Below, piece by piece: positions 1-9,840 of a stretch of DNA of 64,000 bases. The position numbers and the translations under genes are program-made. The notes under the pieces were generated by a model that worked only from the letters and a program-made list of their open reading frames with translations, ran no database searches and was not told the DNA's origin. The number at the start of each line of letters is the position of its first letter. Position 1 is the first letter of the stretch. This DNA is from Clostridiaceae bacterium (GTDB lineage Bacteria; Bacillota; Clostridia; Acetivibrionales; DUMC01), in assembly GCA_012840075.1 (NCBI GenBank), contig DUMC01000032.1, positions 126,365-190,364 on the forward strand, read 5' to 3'.

Positions 1-416
1 CGGAGTCAGAGGTGGAGGAAGCACATAGTGTCATTATTGAAAAAGGTTTTTAAGTTGATGATATGATTATATATTAAATAAAAATTTTGAAAATTTAAAT
101 ATATCAAAAGGAGAAACACAATAAAAATTCCCGTGTTTGGAACAAGCACGGGTTAATGTTATATTTATATTGCGGTTTATATTTTTATGTTTATAAAAAA
201 ATGTAAATATAAAGAATTAAATATCAAAAGACAGTACATATTTCCGTCTTTTGCTTGATATGTATAACAGCTTAAATGGTTATGTAAAACCGGAAAGTTA
301 AACCGCAAAAGATAAAAATTCATCATACAAAAATATTTTCCCCAATATGTCATAACTTGAATACAATGAAAATAGAAAATAATAACTACAATAAAAATTT
401 ATCTGGTGATGACTAA

Positions 417-944
417 GTGAATATACCAAATGCTCTAACTATATTAAGATTAATAGCTGTACCTTTCTTTGGGTATTTTATTTTTAGCAGGCAATACTTG
501 ATAGCTGTAATAATATATAGTATAGCTTCTCTGACGGATATGCTGGATGGGTTTATTGCCCGAAAATATAACATGATTACATCCTGGGGAAAAATTGCCG
601 ATCCTGTTGCGGACAAACTTATGCAACTTACTGCGATAGTTATATTGAATTCACAGGGCAAAATCCCAACTATATTGGTGGTTGTTGCAATTCTGAAAGA
701 TATTGTCCTTGGCATCGGGAGCTATCTTTTATACCGACAAGAAAATTTAATCGCACAAGCTAACTGGTATGGAAAGCTTACAACGGTTATTTTATACTTT
801 ACCATAGTCACTGTACTTTTCAACTTACCGTTTAGTAATATATTTATAGTTATATCTCTGATTTCGGTTATGTTTTCATTTTTAATGTATGCATTAAAAT
901 TTATTAAGATAAAAAAGAGCAAAAGCGATGAAGCTATTTTGTAA
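417..944 (+). CDS. CDP-alcohol phosphatidyltransferase family protein (short PgsA-like paralog)
   Basis: 175-aa polytopic ORF with a GTG start. It carries the CDP-alcohol PT motif DGFIAR-x8-G-x3-D-x3-D (DGFIARKYNMITSWGKIADPVAD). Confidence 0.8.
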   Translation: MNIPNALTILRLIAVPFFGYFIFSRQYLIAVIIYSIASLTDMLDGFIARKYNMITSWGKIADPVADKLMQLTAIVILNSQGKIPTILVVVAILKDIVLGIGSYLLYRQENLIAQANWYGKLTTVILYFTIVTVLFNLPFSNIFIVISLISVMFSFLMYALKFIKIKKSKSDEAIL

Positions 945-1010
945 ACGATACGATACAATATGTACTTTATATACTTATCAAAGCTTTTAATTCTTGAAAG
1001 GTGAGACTTT

Positions 1011-1880
1011 GTGTTTGGATATATAATGCCTGAAAAATCAGAACTTAAAGTTAAGGAATATGAGATGTTTAAGGCATTTTACTGTGGGATTTGCAAATCC
1101 ATGGCAAAGAGAATAGGCAATCTGCCACGTATTACTTTAAATTATGATTCCACATTTCTTGCCTTAATCTTAGCATCTTTGTCTTCTGATGAATTGAAAA
1201 TAACACGTAAAAGATGTATGTTACATCCAGCTAAAAAAAGACTTGTAGTTATTGACAATCAAATAATTGATTATGCTGCAGATATGAACATTATACTTTC
1301 TTATCATAATTTGAAAGATGATGAAGTTGATAATAAAAATATTGCTTCCAAAGCCGGAGCCATGCTTCTGTATCCATATTATAAAAGGCTAAGAAAGAAA
1401 TATGAAAGCAAATGTACCATGATAGAAAATAAGCTGAAAGAACTAATGGAAATGGAAAAAAACGGATGCACTTCATTGGATGCTATAGCAGATCCTTTTT
1501 CCAAAATTATGGAGGAAATCTTTACTTTTGGACCTTTGTGTGAAGATAAAAAAAATGATGAAATTTTACGGTGGATAGGTTATAATATTGGAAAATGGAT
1601 TTATATATTGGATGCATATGATGATATGGAGAAAGATGCAAAAGAGAAGAAGTTTAATCCGATATTAGCCAAATACGGTGATAAAGCATATAGTAAAGAA
1701 GTAAAAGATAGAATACATTTTATACTTATTTATTCATTAGACCAAATAGCAAAGTCGTATGACCTAATTAACAGAAAGAGAGTTAAAGGGATAGTAGAGA
1801 ATATTATTAATATAGGTATGTTAAAAAAAACGGAGAAAATTTTAGGTATGAGGAGTTGTAATGGCATTGAATCCGTATGA
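1011..1880 (+). CDS. conserved hypothetical protein (DUF5685-like)
   Basis: 289-aa ORF with a GTG start 5 nt after AAGGTGAG. The N-terminus reads YCGICKSM. The 3' end overlaps the next gene by 20 nt. The family assignment is from memory only. Confidence 0.6.
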   Translation: MFGYIMPEKSELKVKEYEMFKAFYCGICKSMAKRIGNLPRITLNYDSTFLALILASLSSDELKITRKRCMLHPAKKRLVVIDNQIIDYAADMNIILSYHNLKDDEVDNKNIASKAGAMLLYPYYKRLRKKYESKCTMIENKLKELMEMEKNGCTSLDAIADPFSKIMEEIFTFGPLCEDKKNDEILRWIGYNIGKWIYILDAYDDMEKDAKEKKFNPILAKYGDKAYSKEVKDRIHFILIYSLDQIAKSYDLINRKRVKGIVENIINIGMLKKTEKILGMRSCNGIESV

Positions 1881-2499
1881 AGTTTTAGGTGTGAGAGAAG
1901 ACGCTACTGATGAAGAAATTAAAAGAGCATATAGGGAATTAGTGAAAAAATACCATCCTGATCAATACAGGGATAATCCTTTGGCAAAACTGGCTGAAGA
2001 GAAACTTAGAGAAATCAATGAAGCTTACGACATGATAATGAAACAGAGGGCTTCAAGAAGCCAATATAGCCAAAGGCAGTATAATGATTACAGCAGTAGC
2101 CGAACTTCGAGTAACAGCTACAGCGGATATGCAGGAAGCGATTTCTTCAATAGAGTTAGATATAACATAAGCAACGGGAATCTTAAAACTGCCGAAGATA
2201 TGCTGAATAGTTCATCTACGAGAAATGCCGAATGGTATTTTTTAAAAGGGTTGATTTTCTTGCGAAAAGGATGGCAAGATGAGGCATATCATTATATACA
2301 AACAGCGGTTAATATGGATCCTAGAAACTTTGAATACAGGTCGACTCTTAACAGGATAAACATGGCATATAACCAAAGGTGGCAGGGTGGATACGGAAGA
2401 AGAACCACGGAAGATGACATTTGTACAATGTGCCAATGTTTAATATGTTCAGACTGTTGTTGTGAATGTATGGGCGGTGATCTTATAAGCTGTTGCTGA
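1861..2499 (+). CDS. J-domain (DnaJ N-terminal) protein with TPR-like middle and Cys-rich C-terminal tail
   Basis: N-terminus NPYEVLGV...[15 protein letters not shown] carries the HPD motif. The last 25 residues, [25 protein letters not shown], contain 10 Cys. Confidence 0.85.
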   Translation: MALNPYEVLGVREDATDEEIKRAYRELVKKYHPDQYRDNPLAKLAEEKLREINEAYDMIMKQRASRSQYSQRQYNDYSSSRTSSNSYSGYAGSDFFNRVRYNISNGNLKTAEDMLNSSSTRNAEWYFLKGLIFLRKGWQDEAYHYIQTAVNMDPRNFEYRSTLNRINMAYNQRWQGGYGRRTTEDDICTMCQCLICSDCCCECMGGDLISCC

Positions 2500-2571
2500 T
2501 AATTTATTTGAGATTTTTGATTTTATATCTGATTTTATATCAATGTATAAATATCACGGGGATGTAGATCG

Positions 2572-3084
2572 ATGGCTTATAATACGAAAAAAATAGCTTT
2601 AACAGGTATTTTAGGAGCAATGACAATTATCAGCTTGATACTTGCAATCATACTTCCAACCGGGAAATTATCATTTTATTGTCTAAGTTCATTCTTTATT
2701 TCAATTATCATTATCGAATATAAAATTTCAGCCGGTTGGTTGTTTTTTCTTACAACCAATCTTTTAGCGTACATAATAATACCCGACAAAATTGCTATAA
2801 TACCGTATACGGCATTTTTTAGCCTATACGGCATTGTGAAATATTACGCAGAAAACATAAAAAATATTGTTCTGGAATTTATTGTAAAGTATGCTTTTTT
2901 TAATGCATGTTTAGCCCTTGCTATTTTCCTGGCTGATAAATTATTTAAGGGTATTGCACAATTGAGTTATTCTATATGGTTTATCGTTGCTGTTTTACAG
3001 GTAGTATTTTTTTTCTACGACTACGTATATTCAGTGGTTATAAATTATTATAGACACAGACTCAGAAATTTTCTCGTGAAATAA
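2572..3084 (+). CDS. hypothetical polytopic membrane protein
   Basis: 170-aa ORF with about 5 hydrophobic segments and an RBS-like GGGGATG upstream. No motif recognised. Confidence 0.55.
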   Translation: MAYNTKKIALTGILGAMTIISLILAIILPTGKLSFYCLSSFFISIIIIEYKISAGWLFFLTTNLLAYIIIPDKIAIIPYTAFFSLYGIVKYYAENIKNIVLEFIVKYAFFNACLALAIFLADKLFKGIAQLSYSIWFIVAVLQVVFFFYDYVYSVVINYYRHRLRNFLVK

Positions 3085-3098
3085 GATTCGTGAATCCG

Positions 3099-3138
3099 GC
3101 AGTTATTCATCTTGGACTGCGGTTATTTATCTTGGATT
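3099..3138. repeat. tandem 2 x 20-nt degenerate direct repeat
   Basis: GCAGTTATTCATCTTGGACT followed by GCGGTTATTTATCTTGGATT (17/20 identical). It begins 15 nt after the stop codon at 3082-3084. Confidence 0.85.
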
Positions 3139-3421
3139 TCATAACATTTAAAAAGGAAAATTGACAAAGGCATATTTGAGAATGCTGTAACATTTCTTTA
3201 ATAAATATTTAATAAATCAAAAAAAGATTGTGAACTTTACAATCCGTGCTGATTTCCCAAATTTCATTTCGAAAAAAGTGTAAAAGAGCTTTTATTGTAA
3301 AAATTTTCAAAGAGGATTCTTGTTCTTTTTTGTAGAATTATTATGTAAACAATACAATTTATTCATTTTGTTCATTTACAAAAGAAAATTAAATACTCTA
3401 CAAAAGAAAAATGGAGGGCTT

Positions 3422-4465
3422 ATGAAGAAGGCAGCAAAAATTACGACATTATGCATCTTACTCTTAAGCATTGCAATGCTCTTTACAATTGTGTCTTTTG
3501 CTAATGAAAATGACTATGAAACACTAAAAGATGTCAAATTACTGGTAAATGGGCGGATCATTCAATTAGAAAGAGAATTGATAGCAATTAACGGAAGAAT
3601 ACTGGCTCCTGCAAGAACGGTGTTTGCACAATTTGGGGCAAGGGTGGATTGGTACCCGGAATATAATCTTGTAAACATAGTAAAAGACAATACTTTTATA
3701 GGTATGTTTATAGGGCAAAAAACCGTAGCAGTAAACAAAATAGTAAAAGAAATGGATTGTCCGCCGGTACTTCTGCGTGGGACGGTAATGGTACCTGTAA
3801 GATTTGTTGCTGATGCTTTAAATATTGATGTCCAGTGGTTTGGTAATATTAAAGTTGCAAATCTGGGTTCAATAATTACTGAAGAGGAAGCCTCAAGAAG
3901 TGCTAAACCCTATAGCGGAAAAATTGTTGTGATCGATCCGGGGCATGGTGGCTACGAAACAGGAGCAGTCCACGGGGGAATAAAGGAAAAAGATTTAAAT
4001 CTGGATATTGCATTAAGGCTGGAGAAACTTCTTAAAAACGAAGGGATAATTGTTTACATGACAAGAAAGGATGACAGGTATGTAAATCTGTATTCGCGTT
4101 CTGGGCTGGCAAACAGCGTAAACGCTGATATGCTTGTAAGTATCCACAATAATGCGGATTGGTACAATACTTCAGGAACAATGACTCTTTACTATCCTGA
4201 AACGGCAATGAAACGAAACGGCATTACAAGCAAGGACCTGGCAGCTATCATTCAAAAAGAAGTTTCATCTTATTTAGGAACAAAAAATATAGGAATTATT
4301 TCTCGAACAAACCTGGCAGTATTAAGAACTTCAAAAGTACCTGCTGTTATCGTGGAAGTAGGGTACATGACAAACAAAAATGAGCTTAAAAAGTTAAGCA
4401 CCGCAGAATACCGACAAAAAGCTGCAGAAGCTATCAGAAACGGGATTTTAAAAGCATTGAGGTAA
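3422..4465 (+). CDS. N-acetylmuramoyl-L-alanine amidase (amidase_3) with signal anchor and copper-amine-oxidase-like N-domain
   Basis: Start moved to the ATG after GGAGGG (MKKAAKITTL...). Motifs VIDPGHGG and SIHNNA are typical of amidase_3. The N-terminal region reads LVNGRIIQLE...APARTVF. Confidence 0.85.
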   Translation: MKKAAKITTLCILLLSIAMLFTIVSFANENDYETLKDVKLLVNGRIIQLERELIAINGRILAPARTVFAQFGARVDWYPEYNLVNIVKDNTFIGMFIGQKTVAVNKIVKEMDCPPVLLRGTVMVPVRFVADALNIDVQWFGNIKVANLGSIITEEEASRSAKPYSGKIVVIDPGHGGYETGAVHGGIKEKDLNLDIALRLEKLLKNEGIIVYMTRKDDRYVNLYSRSGLANSVNADMLVSIHNNADWYNTSGTMTLYYPETAMKRNGITSKDLAAIIQKEVSSYLGTKNIGIISRTNLAVLRTSKVPAVIVEVGYMTNKNELKKLSTAEYRQKAAEAIRNGILKALR

Positions 4466-4526
4466 TTGTGACATAATTACGCCGGTGATTTTACTTATTT
4501 TTCGCTTTTTAATTCGCCCAGAATAG

Positions 4527-4566
4527 ATTTTACGCGTGTGTACGTAATTTTATGCTTGTGTACGCA
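4527..4566. repeat. tandem 2 x 20-nt degenerate direct repeat
   Basis: ATTTTACGCGTGTGTACGTA followed by ATTTTATGCTTGTGTACGCA (17/20 identical), downstream of the amidase stop codon. Confidence 0.85.
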
Positions 4567-4745
4567 GTAGTCAGTATGCTATCATAATTTAAAAGTATAT
4601 ATAATATATTTATATTATTATTTTTAAGGCAATTTCTCAAAGAAACGGAAGAAATAGCCCGTAAAATGAACATAAATAACGAATTATTATGAATTTTTAT
4701 GAGTTTTAAATCATTATAAGTTAGTTATAAAAAGGAGCATTGTAT

Positions 4746-5162
4746 ATGCTGAGAATAGCAGTGATTGACGGACAGGGCGGAGGTATTGGAAAAGCTATTG
4801 TTGAAAAGCTTAATAGAGAAATAGGTGAGAACGTCAACATAATTGCTCTTGGCACAAACTCAACTGCAACAAGTGTTATGTTAAGGGCAGGTGCTGCTGA
4901 AGCGGCTACAGGAGAAAATGCAATAGCGGTAAATGCATGTAAAGTAGATGTTATTATTGGACCAATAGGTATTATAGTACCAAATTCACTTATGGGAGAA
5001 TTGACACCTAAAATGGCTAGGGCAATAACCGACAGTCCCGCTCTAAAAATCCTGATACCATTGAGCAAGTGCGGAATTGAAATAGCCGGTGTTCAAAATG
5101 ATTCATTGCCGCAGCTTATCGAAAAGGCTGTATTGAAGATAAAAGAAAAGTTTAATTTATAA
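4746..5162 (+). CDS. conserved hypothetical protein (DUF3842-like)
   Basis: ATG 8 nt after AAGGAG. N-terminus is MLRIAVIDGQGGGIGKAIVEKL. The family name is recalled, not searched. Confidence 0.6.
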   Translation: MLRIAVIDGQGGGIGKAIVEKLNREIGENVNIIALGTNSTATSVMLRAGAAEAATGENAIAVNACKVDVIIGPIGIIVPNSLMGELTPKMARAITDSPALKILIPLSKCGIEIAGVQNDSLPQLIEKAVLKIKEKFNL

Positions 5163-5205
5163 TAAGTCTTTTAAGTTTAATTTGTAATAAGTTTTAAAAG
5201 CGGCA

Positions 5206-5238
5206 GGTGCGTATTCGATTCATTCTAGAATACGCACC
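5206..5238. terminator. bidirectional hairpin between convergent genes
   Basis: Perfect 11-bp stem GGTGCGTATTC/GAATACGCACC with an 11-nt loop, lying between the + gene ending at 5162 and cotJC ending at 5290. Confidence 0.7.
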
Positions 5239-5289
5239 GCACCATTTTGGTTCTGCACAAACTTGCGTTGTAAACACGGTCTGCTCAAA

Positions 5290-5904
5290 TCATTTCTTGT
5301 CAGGGCTTATCATGTCCGGTGTTTTAACTACAGGAAAAACTTTCTGGCTGTCCAGATATTCTTGTACAATGCGCAAAGCTTCTCCAAATCTTTGGAAATG
5401 AACAACTTCTCTTTGCCTTAAGAATCTTAAAGGATCTATTACATCAGGGTCATCTGTTAAATTTATGAGCCATTCATATGTTGATCTTGCTTTTTCTTCA
5501 GCAGCCATGTTTTCTTGTAAATCAGTAATAGGATCTCCTTTTGACTGAATGTAGGCAGCTGTAAACGGTACTCCTGCTGCACTTAAAGGATATATGGCTT
5601 TATCATGGTCAGCGTAATATGATCCAAGGTCAGCAGCTTTTATTTCGTCTATACTTGCCCCTTGAATAAGCTGCCTTACCATGGTTCCGATTATTTCAAG
5701 ATGAGCTAATTCTTCGGTACCTATATCATTTAAGGTAGCGCGTGCTTGAGGTGTGACCATAGAAAAACGCTGGCTGAGATACCTGAGTGAGGCAGCAAGT
5801 TCACCATCAGGTCCACCATATTGAGTGATTATATATTTAGCCAGCTTTGGATTGGGTTTTTTTATTTTAACTGGATATTGCAATTTTTTCTCATAAACCC
5901 ACAT
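5290..5904 (-). CDS. cotJC: spore coat protein CotJC (manganese-catalase family)
   Basis: MWVYEKKLQYPV...GGPDGELAASLRYLSQRF...EELAHLE is typical of CotJC and Mn-catalase. It follows cotJA and cotJB. Confidence 0.9.
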   Translation of the reverse strand: MWVYEKKLQYPVKIKKPNPKLAKYIITQYGGPDGELAASLRYLSQRFSMVTPQARATLNDIGTEELAHLEIIGTMVRQLIQGASIDEIKAADLGSYYADHDKAIYPLSAAGVPFTAAYIQSKGDPITDLQENMAAEEKARSTYEWLINLTDDPDVIDPLRFLRQREVVHFQRFGEALRIVQEYLDSQKVFPVVKTPDMISPDKK

Positions 5905-5944
5905 GAATTATAACTCCTTTCCGATTATTCTATTCTATACTTAT

Positions 5945-6229
5945 CTATAGTTGATTTTCTGCAGTTCTGAAGTTAAAACTGTAATCCCATGGCCAAGGAT
6001 TATTAATCCACTGCCATGGATACATGCTTGGTGACCTAAATGAAGTTAAAGGTCCATATCTTCTTTCATATTCCTGTCTGAGCATTTGGGCTTGTGCTAC
6101 AACAAAATTAAATTTTTCGAGAGCTTCTCGGCAATCAGGATGCGTATTAAGATATAGTTGTAGTTCAACTGCTACAAAATCAAGCTCCATGAGCTTTCTT
6201 AACAATGCTTGCTTATTCATAATCATCAC
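5945..6229 (-). CDS. cotJB: spore coat protein CotJB
   Basis: 94 aa with LLRKLMELDFVAVELQLYLNTHPDC, the CotJB signature. It sits between cotJA and cotJC. Confidence 0.85.
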   Translation of the reverse strand: MMIMNKQALLRKLMELDFVAVELQLYLNTHPDCREALEKFNFVVAQAQMLRQEYERRYGPLTSFRSPSMYPWQWINNPWPWDYSFNFRTAENQL

Positions 6230-6530
6230 CGCTTTTCTCTGTTAATGGACTTATTTTTGTCTTAGACTTTTCCGCTTTGTAATACGGAGAATACAGTTCA
6301 GGAAATGCAGTACCTTTATTCAAAGCTTCTTCAGGGCTATAAAGGCTGCATAATCTTTGGAACGGAACATAGGCTCTGGCTAATCTAACATTGCAAATTA
6401 CCGTTTCCTGGGGAATACACATATTCTTATACTGCATTCCGCCATAAAACGGGTTTGTCATTGGGGTTGCCATGGTATTTGCCATTGTATTAACAAATGG
6501 GCTTATCATAGAATTTTCATTATACATCAT
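6213..6530 (-). CDS. cotJA: spore coat-associated protein CotJA
   Basis: Contains LARAYVPFQRL...PEEALNKGTAFPELYSPY. Start chosen at the ATG 10 nt after GGGAGG. The longer ORF extends to 6578. Confidence 0.75.
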   Translation of the reverse strand: MMYNENSMISPFVNTMANTMATPMTNPFYGGMQYKNMCIPQETVICNVRLARAYVPFQRLCSLYSPEEALNKGTAFPELYSPYYKAEKSKTKISPLTEKSGDDYE

Positions 6531-6697
6531 GCAAACCAAACCTCCCATACAAATACGGTCATATAATATAATATGCACATTATGTAAATTTGTTCATGAG
6601 GTTCATGGAGTGAAAGCAGGGGCGTTAATATTTCTCTATGTTTTTAATGCACATATTGCCCATCATGGAACTAATGAAAAAATTTTCCCCCAATTCC

Positions 6698-6726
6698 TTG
6701 ACTTCTAAATTTATGATTGGTACAAT
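6698..6726 (+). promoter_or_regulatory. sigma-A-type promoter for rpsO
   Basis: TTGACT, 17-nt spacer, TACAAT. Confidence 0.6.
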
Positions 6727-6835
6727 ATATATGTTTGTAAAAGGAATTAAAAAAGGAATTAACCATTAGCTTTGTTTTTGGAAGCTCCGACCATCTACAA
6801 AGCCAATGGGGTTCATCTTAAAAGGAGGAATAGTT

Positions 6836-7099
6836 ATGAATAAGGAAAAAAAGCAAGAAATTATTAATAAATACAAGCTGCATGAAAAAGATACCGGGTC
6901 ACCGGAAGTGCAAATCGCACTGCTAACAGAAAGAATTAATCATTTAAATGAGCATTTAAAAATCCATAAGAAAGACCATCATTCAAGACGAGGCTTACTC
7001 ATGATGGTTGGACGGAGAAGAGGTCTCCTAAATTACTTACAAAAAATAGATGTTGAACGCTATCGTGCAATCATTGAGAAACTTGACCTCAGAAAATAG
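6836..7099 (+). CDS. rpsO: 30S ribosomal protein S15
   Basis: 87 aa; [13 protein letters not shown]...[37 protein letters not shown]. Strong RBS AAAGGAGG. Confidence 0.95.
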   Translation: MNKEKKQEIINKYKLHEKDTGSPEVQIALLTERINHLNEHLKIHKKDHHSRRGLLMMVGRRRGLLNYLQKIDVERYRAIIEKLDLRK

Positions 7100-7124
7100 A
7101 CTTTAAATGTAAATTTAAAATAAA

Positions 7125-7157
7125 AATAATGAGCGGATTTCCGCTCATTATTTTTAT
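7125..7157 (+). terminator. rho-independent terminator after rpsO
   Basis: 12-bp stem AATAATGAGCGG/CCGCTCATTATT, loop ATTT, followed by a T-run. Confidence 0.85.
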
Positions 7158-7295
7158 GAAGTATTAGGTTTATTTTATTGCGAATTTCAGGTTATGTTGT
7201 AAAAAATTAATTTTTTGAAATATATTATAGTTGTTTAATTTAGCTAAATAATATTAATAAATAATTAATACAATTGTGTAATTAAAAAATACTAA

Positions 7296-7488
7296 ATCTG
7301 CAACATAATACTAAAGTTAAGTGGCAGAAACAGGGAACCGAGACTAGAGACCAGATTTTGCCGTAAAAGCCACAAAATCATTCAAACTTATAAAACGCTG
7401 AAAAAGAAAAAGCTCATCTGTTTTGTAGTGTCCGTTTTCTGTTATCTGCCATAAAGAATAAAACTTAAATTTAGTATTAGTTGCAGAT
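7296..7488 (+). promoter_or_regulatory. pnp 5' leader with long-range helix
   Basis: Arm 7296-7333 pairs with arm 7439-7488 in blocks of 9+10+6+6+5 bp. The helix ends 6 nt before the pnp SD (AAAGGAGG). Confidence 0.5.
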
Positions 7489-7509
7489 ATTTGAAAAAGG
7501 AGGCAAAGT

Positions 7510-9630
7510 ATGCACAAAATTTTTAAAACTGAGATTGCTGGAAGAGAACTTATTGTAGAAACAGGCAAATATGCCCAGTTTGCTAACGGATCTTGTCTCG
7601 TCAGATACGGTGATACTGTTATACTTTCGACTGCGACAGCTTCAAAAGAGCCTAGGGAGGGAATAGATTTTTTTCCGTTAAGTGTTGATTATGAAGAAAA
7701 ACTATATGCAGTCGGAAAGATACCCGGAGGCTTCATCAAACGGGAGGGTAAGCCGTCTGACAAAGCAATATTAACGGCAAGGGTTATAGACCGTCCCATA
7801 AGACCGCTATTTCCAAAGGATTTAAGAAATGATGTAAGTGTTATTAATACTGTTTTATCAGTTGATCAAGATAATTCGCCTGAAATTACTGCAATGCTAG
7901 GGACTTCAGTTGCCCTTTCAATTTCCGACATACCTTTTAACGGTCCCATAGGAGGAGTAATATTAGGCTTGGTTGACGGTGATGTAGTTATAAATCCTAC
8001 TACTAAGCAAAGGGAAAAAAGCCAGATGTATGTAACTTTAGCAGGTACAAGAGAAAAAATAACCATGATTGAAGCAGGTGCAAATGAAGTACCCGAAGAT
8101 GTGATGCTCAAGGCTATAAAAATCGGTCACGAAGAGATTAAGAAAATCGTAGAGTTTATAGAAGGAATAGTTGCTGAAGTAGGAAAAGAAAAATTTAAGT
8201 ATGAACCTTTTGTCGTGCCTGAAGATATTTTTAACACGGTAAATGATTATGCTTACAACATGATAAAAGAAGCTCTTCTTTCACCGGACAAGCAAATAAG
8301 GGAAGACAATATAGATGAACTTACTAAGGAAATAGTGGAACATTTTTCAGAAACATATCCTGAAATGGAAACTACAATTGCCGAAGCTGTTTATCAAATA
8401 CAAAAAAAGATAGTAAGACAGCTTATATTGAAAGAAGGGAAGAGGGTTGACGGAAGAAGGCTGGATGAAATCAGACCATTATATGCTGAAGTAGGACTAC
8501 TTCCACGAACTCATGGTTCTGCACTCTTTGTAAGAGGACAGACCCAAGTTCTTACCACGGTAACCCTTGGTGCTTTGGGAGAAGTGCAGGTTCTTGATGG
8601 TGTTGACCTAGAAGAAACAAAGAGATATATGCATCATTATAATTTCCCACCTTTTAGCGTAGGAGAAGCAAGACCCGCCAGAGGTCCGGGCAGAAGGGAA
8701 ATAGGTCATGGCGCTTTGGCGGAAAGAGCGTTAGAACCTGTAATTCCAAGTGAAGAAGAATTCCCCTATGCAATTAGATTAGTTTCCGAAGTTCTTATGT
8801 CTAACGGTTCTACATCTCAAGCCAGCGTCTGCGGAAGCACTCTTGCTCTTATGGACGCAGGTGTGCCTATACGAAGACCTGTTGCAGGTATATCAGCAGG
8901 ACTGGTAATTGATGAAGAAAATCCTGACAATTTCGTAATTTTGATGGATATCCAGGGGATAGAAGACTTTTTTGGTGACATGGACTTTAAAGTAGCAGGT
9001 ACCACAGAAGGTATAACAGCAATTCAAATGGATATAAAAGTTGACGGTCTTACAGAAGAAATAATCAAGCAAGCTTTTGAGATGACTAAAAAAGGAAGAC
9101 TTCAAATATTGAATGATGTTATATTACCAACAATTCCGGAACCAAGAAAAGAATTGTCAAAATATGCACCAAAAATTCTTACCACTTGGATTTCACCGGA
9201 TAAGATCAGAGATGTTATCGGACCTGGCGGCAGGATGATAAATAAAATTATTGCCGAAACAGGTGTTAAAATTGATATTGAAAGTGACGGTAAGGTTTTT
9301 GTTTCAACTACTGACCTTGAAGCAGGTAAAGAAGCTATAAGGATTATTGAAGCAATTGGCAAAGAAATAGAAGTAGGACAGGTTTTTCTTGGAAAAGTGT
9401 TAAGGATTGCGCCATTTGGGGCATTTGTAGAATTAAGTCCGGGTAAAGAAGGTCTGGTTCATATTTCGAAGCTCGACACAAAAAGAGTTCACAGAGTTGA
9501 GGATGTAATTAATGTAGGAGATAAAATATTAGTTAAAGTTATAGAAATAGATAAACAGGGAAGAATTAATTTATCAAGGAAAGATGCTTTACTTGAACAA
9601 GATAAAAGCGCAAAAATTAAAGTTAAATAA
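7510..9630 (+). CDS. pnp: polyribonucleotide nucleotidyltransferase (PNPase)
   Basis: 706 aa with two RNase PH domains ([12 protein letters not shown]) and C-terminal KH and S1 domains. It lies downstream of rpsO. Confidence 0.97.
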   Translation: MHKIFKTEIAGRELIVETGKYAQFANGSCLVRYGDTVILSTATASKEPREGIDFFPLSVDYEEKLYAVGKIPGGFIKREGKPSDKAILTARVIDRPIRPLFPKDLRNDVSVINTVLSVDQDNSPEITAMLGTSVALSISDIPFNGPIGGVILGLVDGDVVINPTTKQREKSQMYVTLAGTREKITMIEAGANEVPEDVMLKAIKIGHEEIKKIVEFIEGIVAEVGKEKFKYEPFVVPEDIFNTVNDYAYNMIKEALLSPDKQIREDNIDELTKEIVEHFSETYPEMETTIAEAVYQIQKKIVRQLILKEGKRVDGRRLDEIRPLYAEVGLLPRTHGSALFVRGQTQVLTTVTLGALGEVQVLDGVDLEETKRYMHHYNFPPFSVGEARPARGPGRREIGHGALAERALEPVIPSEEEFPYAIRLVSEVLMSNGSTSQASVCGSTLALMDAGVPIRRPVAGISAGLVIDEENPDNFVILMDIQGIEDFFGDMDFKVAGTTEGITAIQMDIKVDGLTEEIIKQAFEMTKKGRLQILNDVILPTIPEPRKELSKYAPKILTTWISPDKIRDVIGPGGRMINKIIAETGVKIDIESDGKVFVSTTDLEAGKEAIRIIEAIGKEIEVGQVFLGKVLRIAPFGAFVELSPGKEGLVHISKLDTKRVHRVEDVINVGDKILVKVIEIDKQGRINLSRKDALLEQDKSAKIKVK

Positions 9631-9840
9631 ACATGTTAACTTTGATAGTTTACCACGATTCTGGTGCAAATTAATAGGGTTTACACCAGAATCACACAAA
9701 ATTAATTAGTTAGATTTGATGAAATTAAAATAGAGTCTGATAAAAATGTAAACAATAATTATAAAACTATATACTATATAAAACCATAATTAATATGAAT
9801 TTAATACAAATAATTATATAGAATATTAAGAGGAGGAAAA

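Noticed and set aside
3-53. C-terminal fragment of an upstream gene (frame 3: ESEVEEAHSVIIEKGF*)
   Set aside because: A 17-codon fragment is too short to identify or even to confirm as coding.
6531-6600. Sporulation sigma-factor promoter for cotJABC (a CATATTATA sigma-K-like -10 on the minus strand)
   Set aside because: Only the -10-like element matches. The -35 is a bare AC dinucleotide, and in this AT-rich context the match is not discriminating.
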